From assembly GCA_016748015.1 (NCBI GenBank), contig JAAOMT010000034.1, positions 496,001-560,000 on the forward strand: DNA of 64,000 nt, in the 5' to 3' direction. Position 1 is the stretch's first letter; each line of letters starts with the position of its first letter. The stretch is from Geosiphon pyriformis uo1. Lineage: Eukaryota; Fungi; Glomeromycota. Positions 40,587 to 54,600 of this stretch are shown piece by piece. Under the pieces are notes generated by a model, which saw only the letters and a list, made by a program, of their open reading frames with translations, ran no database searches and was not told where the DNA came from. Both the position numbers and the translations under genes were made by a program.

Positions 40587-41216
40587 ATGGAAATATCAGA
40601 TCATATTCACACTATAGCTCAACAATTGTTTCAGGCCTTAAGTCAACAACAGTTAGATATGGAAATTGTTATTAATAACCAAATAATTTGCTATTGAAAC
40701 ACCCAAAAAAAGACAAAAAAATACACCATATTAGCGGCTACCAAAGAATAATAAAAACTGGACAGATAACTTAATAGAAAAAGTAAAAAACATGTTTGGG
40801 AAAATATCTACTATGGTACCAACAGAAGAGCTTACAAAAAAAATTGGAAGCAATGGACAGAATGACTTCTAATCTCATATTGCTACTACCAGTTAGGTCA
40901 AAAATTGAATATTCAGGAGTTGTATATCGACAAATCCAAGAGAATATTTAATCAAAACATAATACAACAAATTGAAGAATTTATCGGAAAGAAAACAAAT
41001 TCAACACTATATGTTAAAACAATGTACTGATTACACAACATATTTCAGAACTATCCAGAAATACTGTTATACTCTGACATAGAAACCATAATTATTAACT
41101 AATGGGGAAAAATGAACAATACACAAGTAGAGGACATAAGAAACAGAGTTGAACAAACAATACTTGAAAAAAAAGTATTAGAATTAATTCAAAACGAAGA
41201 TTTTGACAGAGCTTAA
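40587..41216 (+). pseudogene. Accessory ORF3 of unknown function (~210 codons, interrupted)
   Basis: ATG 40587 MEISDHIHTIAQQLFQAL...CYYQLGQKL...LHNIFQNYPE...FDRA*, ending just before the PPT; no transmembrane stretch. Confidence 0.65.
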
Positions 41217-41220
41217 TATT

Positions 41221-41235
41221 AAAAAGAGGAGATAA
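41221..41235 (+). other. Polypurine tract
   Basis: AAAAAGAGGAGATAA lies immediately before the 3' LTR. Confidence 0.8.
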
Positions 41236-42060
41236 TGTTACTCATAAAAAGAAAACAGATATAGAAAAACAGTAGACCAATAAAAGAGTAGTAGTCAGCA
41301 CATGAGCATATTGCTCAGCAATATGAGCATTGCTTGAGAAATTATAGAACATTACTTGAGAATGTGAACAATCTCATAGAACTCAAATTATGTATATATA
41401 GCAATAGTATTAAAAGTAAAAAAGACAGAATCTTTTAGTTAGAGACCTCCCAATTTAGATTTCATCTAAGCAACTTTCCAAATTCACAAATATCAATAAA
41501 TAATTATTTGCTATCTCAATCCACTTTTCACTATCAACATGAAATGTTGATAGTAATCACTACTTAATCACACTGAAACAATAGCTCTTAATTATGGCTA
41601 TTAACAGAATATTAACTTGTAATTGCATTGACTCATTTTCTTTATTTTCTTTATTTTTCTTTATTTTCTTTATTTTCTTTATTTTCTTTATTTACTTTTC
41701 TTTAATTTTATTGTGGTTTACTAAATTGATTAAGAGAATTAAAGTGCTGAGTTATTGACATTACGGATAGCCTGGTAAAAAACCCAGAAATAAGGATAGA
41801 ATTATATATATTAACGGATAGCTTACCAGAAGGGCATAACTGTCAGATTAAACCAGCCATCATGCTGAAGACAGAAATTGGGAAAACAACTTGAGGAAAC
41901 AACCTAAACCAACTATAGTGAATCTCTGTCTATTATACAAAAAACTCCCCAATCAAACCTTCGGATACAAAACCTTCAGATATTAACACCAGAATACCAA
42001 CCAAGCACCAAGTTACGGATTTGTTATTTGATTTAAGACCCCAAATAATCATCTGTAACA
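41236..42060 (+). repeat. 3' LTR (825 bp)
   Basis: Direct repeat of the 5' LTR with a longer (TTTATTTTC)n tract. Confidence 0.95.
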
Positions 42061-42791
42061 ATGTCTACAAATAATGTTTTTGTAAATAAAATTTGCTATT
42101 GATTTTGTATCTGCTTTTTGAATAGTTTTGGTTTTAGGTTATTTGGTAAGATAATTTACTACAACTACAATATAACAGTTTTCTTGAATTGTGATAGGTA
42201 ATAGTCTGACTAAATTGATTTTCATTCTGTCAAAAAGTTGTCTAACTTTAATTAGATTTAAAGATTTAGTAGAACAAATTTTTCTTCTTTTTTGACAACT
42301 ATCATATAATTCTATATATTGTTAAATGTCTTGATATATGTGTAAACAAAAATAATATTTAAGTATTTTTTGAATTGTACTATTTTTTTTTAAGTATACT
42401 AATAAAAAATTTATGTATATGTTATATAAAATAGTTTTTTTTCATTTTATTGAACTAATCTAAATAAATTTGTTGGGTTTTTGTGATTTTAATAATAAAT
42501 TTTGTTATGATATAAGAAATATTGTTTTAATTAGTATTGTAATCATTGCTTTTTGATTAAAAACTAGTTTTCTGGCATAATAAAAGTTTTCAAATAATTT
42601 TTAATGTTGTAATTTTTAAAATTTATTATTTGTTAATTGTTTATTGTTGTTAAACTGGTAAAATTGGAATTAGTATTAATTCTGCCTTATTTTTAAGAGG
42701 CTATCTATATTGGTATATAGTTTTTCTAATTTATAGTATACAATATATTTGTAATCAGCAAAAAAATTAGTCTATTGGAATTGTTTTGTAC

Positions 42792-43252
42792 TGTTACTAG
42801 TGGAATTTTAGTCATTAATTGGCATAAAATTACCTTATAATTCCTATTATTAATTAGGATATATAATTATTATTCAAATTATTATTTATTATTTAATTAA
42901 AAATTATTAAAGATTACTATTTAATTAATAAACCAATTTGTACAATAGAAATTAAAATGATCAAATTACACAATACACTAAACTATATAATATTCAAAAA
43001 TTCACTAAAATTTGTAAAAATTTACTAAAATAATAAATAATTTACCAAAATAGTTAATAACTTAACAAAACTATATAAAATAACTGGTATAAAATTGGTT
43101 ATTTTACTTATAAGCCCAACAGTTTAAATTATAGAAGATAATTTGAAAATAAATTTAATAATTAAAAGTTTAACTACTTCTAAAGAATGTGAATTCACAG
43201 CAAACTAACATTAATAACATTCAAGAAAAGAGATCAAAAACTTTTAATAATA
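42792..43252 (+). mobile_element. Solo LTR related to the older element's LTR, with TSD GTAC
   Basis: Starts with TGTTAC; inverted homology to ~30250-30366 and ~29404-29580; GTAC at 42788-42791 and 43253-43256; interrupts the host RNase H. Confidence 0.8.
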
Positions 43253-46084
43253 GTACTAAGTTTAGAACTTTTTTTGTTGAGTTATTTAAAGCTAATATTA
43301 TTAGTTATAATATTAAATTTTTTGCTATTTTAGAAGTATTATTAAAAGTATTTAAAGACTTAGATAACAGCTGCTGTTTTTAATTTGGTTGAGTCATATT
43401 TGAGTTTAGTTGGTTTAAGGATTTTATTAGCATAGACAATTACATATTTATTGTTATTGTTATTTAATTATAATAGAATAGCATCAAAAATTGTATATAA
43501 AGCATTAATGATTAAATAGAATTATTTATTAAAGTTTAAATAAACAAGGACTAAAACTGTTGTCAATTTTGTTTTGGGAGTTTTAAATGCTTTTTGCTGT
43601 TTATAAATTTATTAATATAACATATTTTTGTTAATTAGATAATTAAAAGATTTTGCAATTTCAAAAAATTTTTTGATGAATTTTTAATAATAAAAAGCCA
43701 ATTCAATAAATTCTCTTAATTCTATAGTATTTCAAGGAGTTTGGAAATTTTTAACAATATTAATTGTTTCTGAATTTGGTTGAATTCTATTTTTGTTAAT
43801 AATGTGTTCCAGAAAAATTAGACTTGTTTTCTTAAAGTAATATTTTTTAATGTTTAACTTTAATTCTGTTTTTTGTAATTATCAAAATACTTTTTGCAGA
43901 TAAATAAGATGAATTTTAAAAGTTAAAGAATAAACATTAGTATTTTTAAGATAAACAATTACTAATTATTATAAAAATCTTTTATAAACAACATTAGTTA
44001 TTAAAATGTTGCTTATATATTGCAAAGTCTAAAAAACATAATATTAAATTTTGTAATTTCCTCTTTGTATAGTAAATACTGTTTTAGAACAGTTCTTTGG
44101 ATCTATTTCAACTTGTCAATATCTGCTTTTCAAGTCTAATATTAAAAAAAAATTGTTTTTTCTTAAGACATTTAGCATATTATTAATTCTTAATAATAGG
44201 TAGATATCTTTAATTATAACAATATTGAATTGTCAATAATTAACACAAAATCTGATTTTTCTATTTTTTTTTTTAACAAAAACAACTAATAAAATCCAAA
44301 AACTTCTTGATAGTTGAATAAAACTATTATTGAATATTTATTGGACTTTTTTTTTAATAAATTAATAGCTAATAAGAAAGACTTAATATGTTTGTTGCTA
44401 TTTTGGTAAGACATTTTCTGTGTGGATTTAATGTTAGATAATATTAGTTTTTCCCAAATTATTATTGTCTTTAATAAATATATTAACATATTTGGTAATA
44501 AGCTTTTTAAATTGTTTTTATTGTAATAATTCTAATAAACTTATGTTAATTTAAACAAGTTTTTTTTTAATAATATAATAATTTTTAGTGCTAAAAATAA
44601 TATTTAAGTTTAAGAGAAGAGTATATTTTACAATTTTAATAAAATTAAAAACAATCTGTAAAGTTTTATTTTGAAAAATATTATTATATATAATTCCGAT
44701 TTTTAATCTTTTTAATAAAAGAATAAGATAATTATTAAAATTATAGAATATAACTTAGAACTTTTTTATTTTCTTAAGAATATAAATATTTGGAATTAAA
44801 ATTTTATGCTTTATGTAAATCTGTTTATTTAATTCAAAGATTTATTGTATGGTAATTGGTTTTAAATAGATGTAAATTTCATAATATTTTTCAAATAGTA
44901 AAATAATAATTGGTTGTAGAAATCAAAAAATCTGGTAAAATTCATTTTATGTATTAAAAGCTATATTAATTATAACTGTAAATTGTTCAGTTAAACTAAA
45001 ATTTTGGGTTTTTTTGTTACTTTTGCTTAATTGTTTTCTTTGGTTAACTGATTGCAAATTCAAAATGTAAATTAAAAATAGATAAATAACTTGAACAATC
45101 TTTTTAGTATGTTTAATTTTAAATAATTTGTCTATTTTATTTTATAGTATGATTATAATATTTTTAATGTATTTTGTATTTATAATTTTTTTTCTAATGT
45201 TGATTTTTTTGCTTATTAATAATAATTATAAAATATTTGTACTATTGTTTTTAGTAGAATTTTAACAACAATTTTTAAATTAATTTTTGTTAAAAACTTT
45301 AATTAGAAAACCAAAATATCTTTGTCAAAATATTATAAATCATATTTTGTATCAATTTTATAAGCTTTTTCTGGTTTAATTTTTTGACTATTATTATTAA
45401 AGTACTTAAGTTGAATAACAAACTGATTTTCGACTAGATAAATTGGTGTAATTGCAATTTTTTTTTATGTTCAGATTTTCTAAATTTGATTTTGTACTTA
45501 TTATTTTTATTAGATAAAAAATACTAAGTATATAGTATTCTAAATACTATTAGTTATTACAAAGCATGACATATTTTTTATATAATTAAATATTTATTTG
45601 CTCTAATTATTGAATTTAAGCTTCTTTGGTTAAATAAATATAATTGGCAATTTAATAATATATTTTTACTTTATTTTTATAGTTGTATTTAATAATTTTA
45701 AATGTATATTCAATATATTTAGCTTTTTTTATCTGGCAAACATCTTTTTGGGTTTTTTTATTAATTAAAACTATAGTTAATTTATAAATTATTTTAATAT
45801 TGTGTAAATAATAATTAAGTTTATTAAAAACACTATTGTATATTGTATTAAAAAATATTTCTTTTTTAATTTTTTCTGTAATTGAAAAGGCATATTAACA
45901 GATTTAGTTATATTTATTATTAAAAAAAAAAAACAATAACAACCAAATTAATAATTTATAATAAAAATCAAAAATAGTGGTTTAATATTAAGCTTGTTTT
46001 GTAATTTGAAATAAAATAATCTAATTGTTTAATATTATTAAATTTTTTACTATTAATTTTGGTAAATATTGAATATGTCTTTTT

Positions 46085-46260
46085 TTTTTGGTGTGAACAA
46101 TAATATATGTGTTTATATAAGTGTGTAATATTGTCTTGTTTGATTCAAATGACTAGTTATATGTAGTAAAAATATGAATTGTATTTAATTTAAAACACTT
46201 AGTTTGATTTTATATATTAGATTGTAGTTGAATTTTATTTATTAAAAATAATAAAAAATA
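46085..46260 (+). mobile_element. Decayed LINE 3' end fragment
   Basis: AT-shifted homolog of the LINE last codons, 3' UTR and A tail. Confidence 0.65.
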
Positions 46261-47399
46261 AAAATATGTAAATTATATTTTTTATATTTAATAAAAAATG
46301 TAATTATTAAGAAAATTTTTGTAAAAACATTTTTTAAAACCATAAAAATAAATATATTAATATATAAACAAATTAAAAATTGTAAATTTTAGTTAATTAA
46401 AATATAATAAAAAGTTAGAATAATATATTTATAAGTTAAAATAGCTAAAAACTGGTTAATTATTATTAATATAGATTTTATATATATAAAAATTGTAAAT
46501 AAAAAAACCAATTAAAAGCTATTTTAAACAACTTACCAAAAATATAATAATAAACAATTTATAAAATAATTTAAAAAAATTGAATTTAAAAATAAGCTTT
46601 AAAATATATTAAAAAATTTATTTAAATTTTATAATACTATTTTAAGATAAACTAAGCCAAACAATTTAAATTTACAATTATCAAAAAAGTTTACAAAAAT
46701 TAAATTAAATTAAAATAAAAGTTTTTTAATAAATTGACTAATATTTTTATATAAATACAAATAACAATTTATAATAAAAACAATACAATAAAAAACAAAT
46801 ACATTAAGAAAAAAAAATCTTTCTGTTTTTCAAAAAGTATTTTTTAATATTAAAAAAATAGCAACTAAAAAAGCTTATAAAGTTAAAAAAAAATCTTGTC
46901 AATCTTTCTAATATAATTAATAATTTTGTTAGTAATTTCATAAAAGTAAAATTTTGCAGAAATAAAATTTTTTTAAAAAAACCAGCAAATAGAGTTATAA
47001 TAATTTTTATTTATATGGCAAAAATTTTTTTACAATAAAAATGTGCCTAAAAAAAATAATTTTAAAGGGTTTAAAACTTTTAATGTATTGCTTAAATAAA
47101 ACTTTAAAAAATCAAAACTTGTATTATTTAAAGAAAATGCTTTTATAATGTTCTGTTTTAACCGTTTTACAATTGAAAGAGCTTTTTGGATCGCAGTTTT
47201 TTTGCTTTTATAATTATATATCAAAAAATATATATATATGTTTGAAATATATAATTTACAAAATAAAATAATTGAGTTAATAATAATTATAACTCTAAAA
47301 AATCTTGAGAATCATTTATTAAAATGAAGTGATGGTAAAAATTTTACGGCATATATGAGGCTGAATCTAAACCAGTGAATTAGGAAGTCCGGAAAGAAA

Positions 47400-49722
<2,323 letters not shown>

Positions 49723-51000
49723 TTGATCAAATCAAGCTTTCATTATAACTACGCCTATATTGGCCTATAAACCTTTTTCCAAGCCTTCTTTGATAGTACA
49801 TAATCTTTCATAATGAAAATAGTAGAATTTTAATTATTTGCTCAGGAGCATTATTCTTTTAAATTATTTTTTCTTTTAATTCTTGTCATGTGGAGGTGTA
49901 AGATATTGGCAATTTTAAAATAAATTTTAATCACCCATCTTTATCTAGTTAATGACTTAGAAAAGGTTTCCAATATAATTGAAAAATTATAATAATTATT
50001 AAATTATATAATATTTTTTAAAATTTTCGGAATGATAATCCTACGTTTGCCTGTCAAAATAAACAGCTGAAGCCTAAATGAAAAAAAAAGACTCGTCCTT
50101 TATCATAGTGTGGGCGAAAATTTCACTATCGAAAATATTAACACAGGCTTAAAAGAATGACAGTGTGGTGCAAAAAAACTAGAGTTACTATTTTTGTTTT
50201 TATACAATAAAAATTTAAACATATATTCTTTAATAGTAAATAAATAAACCATTTTAAATATATTTTCTTTTAAATTTTTAAATTACATTTTTTTTAATTA
50301 TGTATTCTATATTTTTTATATTAGAATAAAAAAATTTTATAATGTGTTTTTTTATATATATATTATTATCTAATAGAAAACAGCAAAAACAAATTATTTA
50401 ATATTAGTATTTAATAATTAATTAATTGAATTATCTTATTAAAAAAAGATTTACAAATTAACAATTATAAAACAATATAGTAAACCATAAAAATTATAAA
50501 AACAAAAATTATTAAGATTAATACAAAATATTTTATAATAGTAAAAAAACATGAACTTATTTAAAATAATTAATTAAGTAATTTTAAAAAAACAAAATAT
50601 AATTGTAATTATATATATATAATAATTTTTAGTTTAAAAAACATGTTTTATATTTTATGTTTTAATAAAAGTTTTTAATAAAAATAAAAAATTGCTTTTT
50701 TTACTTTTTATTCTGATTATAATTATAAAATATAAAAAAAAATTTTATATTTATAAATATAAATCATATATTGTTTACATATAATTAATTATAAAAAAAC
50801 TTTTTTTATATATTTTTATGATTATACTTAAAACAAAAAATAAAATAATCATAATACTTATTTTTAATATTGTTTTTATTAGTATTAATACTCAAAAAAT
50901 TTTCTTTAAAATAAAAACAAATAAATAATATTTTTAAGATGTTTAATTATTATTAAAACACTATTTTTGGTTTTAAATAAAAGTTTTTTTCACTTTATGT

Positions 51001-51630
51001 TTTTTTTTTTTTATTAATTAATGAGTAAGGTTCAAACATGACCTAGTGTTATACATCATACTAATGATCTAAACTAAGAACGAATCATGCACTTTTTACA
51101 CATGACCAGCCACTCAGACCAGTCAGAACAACACTATACACCTATATACACAGAGACCAAATCTCTAACACCTGAGAAAAATAAATAAAACCTATAGAAC
51201 CCAAAACCAACCCTAAAAGCTTCAGCCACACTCAGCAACCTCATAATGCCAGCTGAGAACGCCATAGGCAAACCAGAAATAGATGCTGGAATAGAGCTGT
51301 CACAAGGAATCAAACCACACTTCTCCATAAAGGTCTGGTGTTTGACACAAACCAATTAGATATCATTCCGAAATGTGAGACAAAAATCATGTACAAAGTC
51401 CACAACCTTTTTAGTTCTAACCTTAGAATCTTTAAAAACCAAAACAGACTTATAATACCACTCATTAAAAACAAAGCTCTTATACAGAACAACACTAATC
51501 CCAACCTTGGAAACACAAGAAGCCAATAACTGTAAAATACACAAAAAGAATCGAGACAAATCAGAAAAAGCCTCCCAAGCTGAAACATGAGTGTTCAACA
51601 ACCAAGCACAATCAGCAGCATTATAAAGAC
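51001..51630 (-). mobile_element. 5'-truncated LINE (ORF2 C-terminus, 3' UTR and poly-A)
   Basis: KSFVFNEWY...FRNDI...GLIPCDSSIP...VSVYIGV*; conserved 3' UTR; T-run at ~51000. Confidence 0.9.
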
Positions 51631-51671
51631 TATGTTTTTTTTTAAATAGTTAATTAAAACTAATATTAATA

Positions 51672-54600
51672 TTTTTTTTTTATTAATTTTAATGAATGAG
51701 GTCCACACACAACCTAACACTATACATCAAAGAAATGATCTAAACTAGGTGTGAATTATGCATTTTCTACATGTGATCAGCCACTCGGGCCAGTCAGAAC
51801 AACACTATGCAGCTATATAGACAGAAACCGAATTACCAATGCTAGAGAAAAACATGCAAGACTCGTGAAAACCAAAATGCACACCAAAAGCTTTATCGAT
51901 ACCAAGCAAATCAATCACACCAGCGAAAAGACATGAAGTCAAATCAGAGACCGAAGTAGGAGACGAGCCATCTAAAAGAATCAGTCCGTGCTTTTCCATA
52001 TAGGCATGATGTTTGGCATGAACCAATCATATCTCATCTCTAAAAGCGAGGCCAAGAGAATATGCAAAATCAACAACCTTCAAACATGCCACTTTGGAAC
52101 TATGGAAGACAGAGACAGCTTCACAAAACCAATTATCAAAAACAAAACCCTTATGAAGAGCCATAGACACCAAGGAACCTGAAACACAAGATGACAACAA
52201 CTGCAACAAACATGAAGAAAAGACAGAAGAACCAGAAAGTGTTTTTCAAGTGTTCATGTGAGAATCCAACAACTAACACCGAGCAGAATCATTGACCTCA
52301 CAAGAAAAAACATGATTCGACATCTCCATGTCACCATAATATAGACACAACACACTGAAATAAAGTCTATTATAAAGCCGTTTTCGAACAGCCATAGGCA
52401 ACCGATGATGCAAAGCCTTCATAAAATAAGAGCGTGCATTAGCTGAAATCCTGCTAGTGAAACCAGTGGCCATATGCAAATCAGGATGCCACACCAAAGA
52501 AGAGCAAGACCAATCAACATCAGCTCACAAATTGTCAGGCAAAAACTTAGAACCAGACTCCACTTCCCAATGTGCACGACACATGGCATGAAAAGTGTCA
52601 CAGACAAAGTGCCTTGAATTGCCAGAGACAATATTGCCATCAGCCATCAAAAAGTGTTCATCCAGGCAAGGAGAAAAAAACCAGTCAGAAACAGAATCAG
52701 CACCGGCAATCACATTAGCATGCTCATTTCCCAAAACCCCAGAATGACCTTTGACTTTGTGTCAAGCAACATTTAGAACCTTATTGGAAATGACATTGGC
52801 AATGTGCTGACACTCAATCCAACATTGATTCCAGAAATCAGGAGCCACCATACCCAATTCCGATTTGCAAGCATCCAAAGCAGACTGATTATCCGAAAAC
52901 AAATAGACATTACTAAAAACAGGAACACACTTGAGAGCCAACGCAATTGCCTGTAACTCAGCCATGATAGATGACATCAAGCCAGACACACCAACACCCA
53001 AACTCATACCAATGTCCTCGAAAAAAGCCACAGCACCTGCTTTACAGCCAACTGTACCCAAATTTCTCAATGACCCATCAGTATAGACAGACAACACCCT
53101 TGCATTAACCCATGAAAGATGATCACAGATAGACACAAAGCCAGAAAAACCCAGAATGTCCAAAGAACCCATATTAGCAAGAACTGGAATACAAGCAGGA
53201 GAGGAGTCCTCACCAGCAAGAAACACAGCAGAAAGCCTGAACCACTCAGGAATAAGGCCACAGGGGTCCAGTTTCTTCCATTGCTTAAATGTGGACCAAT
53301 CAAAGACTGTATCATGACAATCACGAATTTGGTCTACAAAAGCCACACTATACTGCTGAAGCAAGGGGAGACACCTGGAGAAAACTGGTTCACCCAAAAC
53401 AGTTAACATGGGCATCCCACTATTGACACAAAAGGAATTGGCAAAGGATTTACCCAGAGACAATTTGCAATTATAAAGCATGCAAACCACACCCACCAGA
53501 AAATTATTAGAGGTGCTAACATGAATACGAACAAGAGAACTCAACGGATGAATAAGGTGCCAACACAAAACCTGCAGATCATGAGACTTATGAGAAAACA
53601 AACATCCCACAATCCCACCAGAGTTGGCAAAATTAATAAAAAAAGCAACCTTGCCTTCAGACTGAATTTGCAAGAAAGATTTCAAACCATAAAAGGAGGA
53701 GGAGTGAATCGAATTATTAGAAAAGTCGAGTGGAAGTCCAGATTTGAGCTTCAAGCCCTTACCAATAGGAACAAAGCTAAATTGTGTCCTGTAGCTAATA
53801 ATAGGCTGGAGAACCACTGAAACCAAATATAAGAACTGCTTATCTGAGATAGCTTTTTTTACAACCAAATTTGTAAAAAAACGAACGTCCGAATGCACTT
53901 TAGCTAAACTAGGTCTGGAAAGACCCTCAGTCGACAGAAATATGCTCAGATACCAATGGGATTCACCTTTTTTGGCAACAGAGATAGGTGAACCACTAAT
54001 GAAAAGAGTAGGATTACCAACCCTACAATTGATAGGAATAGCTACAGTTTTGTCATTGTTTATTGAAATGTTATTAATCTGGAAAAACTTGCTAGCAACA
54101 TCCAAAATGTGTTGAGTAGTGCTTTGACTACTGCCAACCCAAATCGTATCATCAACAAAGGTGCCAGCAGCAAAACAAGAAAAAAATCCAGCTTGCGACT
54201 CGACACGACCACTCTTGGAAACAAAATGAGAAATTAGCCTGTACTCACACATACTCTCCTGATGCTTGACTTCGCACAAAAGGGGATCATAAAAAATGTG
54301 CCACAGAAGGGGAAAAAAAACCTCTCCTTGATCTAAACTATTATGGACCTGATAACCATCTGTCAAACCAAAATCTGTCATGACTTGATTAGTACAACCT
54401 TTGTGAATGCCGCCAAAAAACCAAATGAACCTGTTGCACATTTTAATTCTGACCAGGCACTTCTTCAAATGCTCCCAGCCAACCGAATCATACACTTTCC
54501 TCATATCCTGCAAGACCAGCCAAAGTTTTTGGTTCTTTTCCAGGGCATCCTCAACAACCAAACCAACTGCAAAAATGGGAGACTGTGTCATCGTACCTTT

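Larger units (their letters stand above)
32018..42060 (+). mobile_element. Complete Ty3/Gypsy LTR retrotransposon (~10 kb) with dUTPase; 4-bp TSD ATGT
   Basis: Paired LTRs with TGTTAC...GTAACA ends, TSD ATGT at 32014-32017 and 42061-42064, PBS, PPT, and order gag-PR-dUTPase-RT-RNaseH-IN-ORF3. Confidence 0.96.
29236..45900 (-). mobile_element. Older, heavily mutated dUTPase-bearing Ty3/Gypsy element, host of the nested insertions (3' LTR ~29236-30366; 5' part not recognisable)
   Basis: Minus strand: dUTPase relics at ~44990-45400, RT at ~43560-44480, RNase H at ~42670-43560, integrase at ~31300-42620 split by the younger element (ICRH|KYSIKFLSN*ETHFVN), and ORF3 relic at ~30400-31000. Confidence 0.8.
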
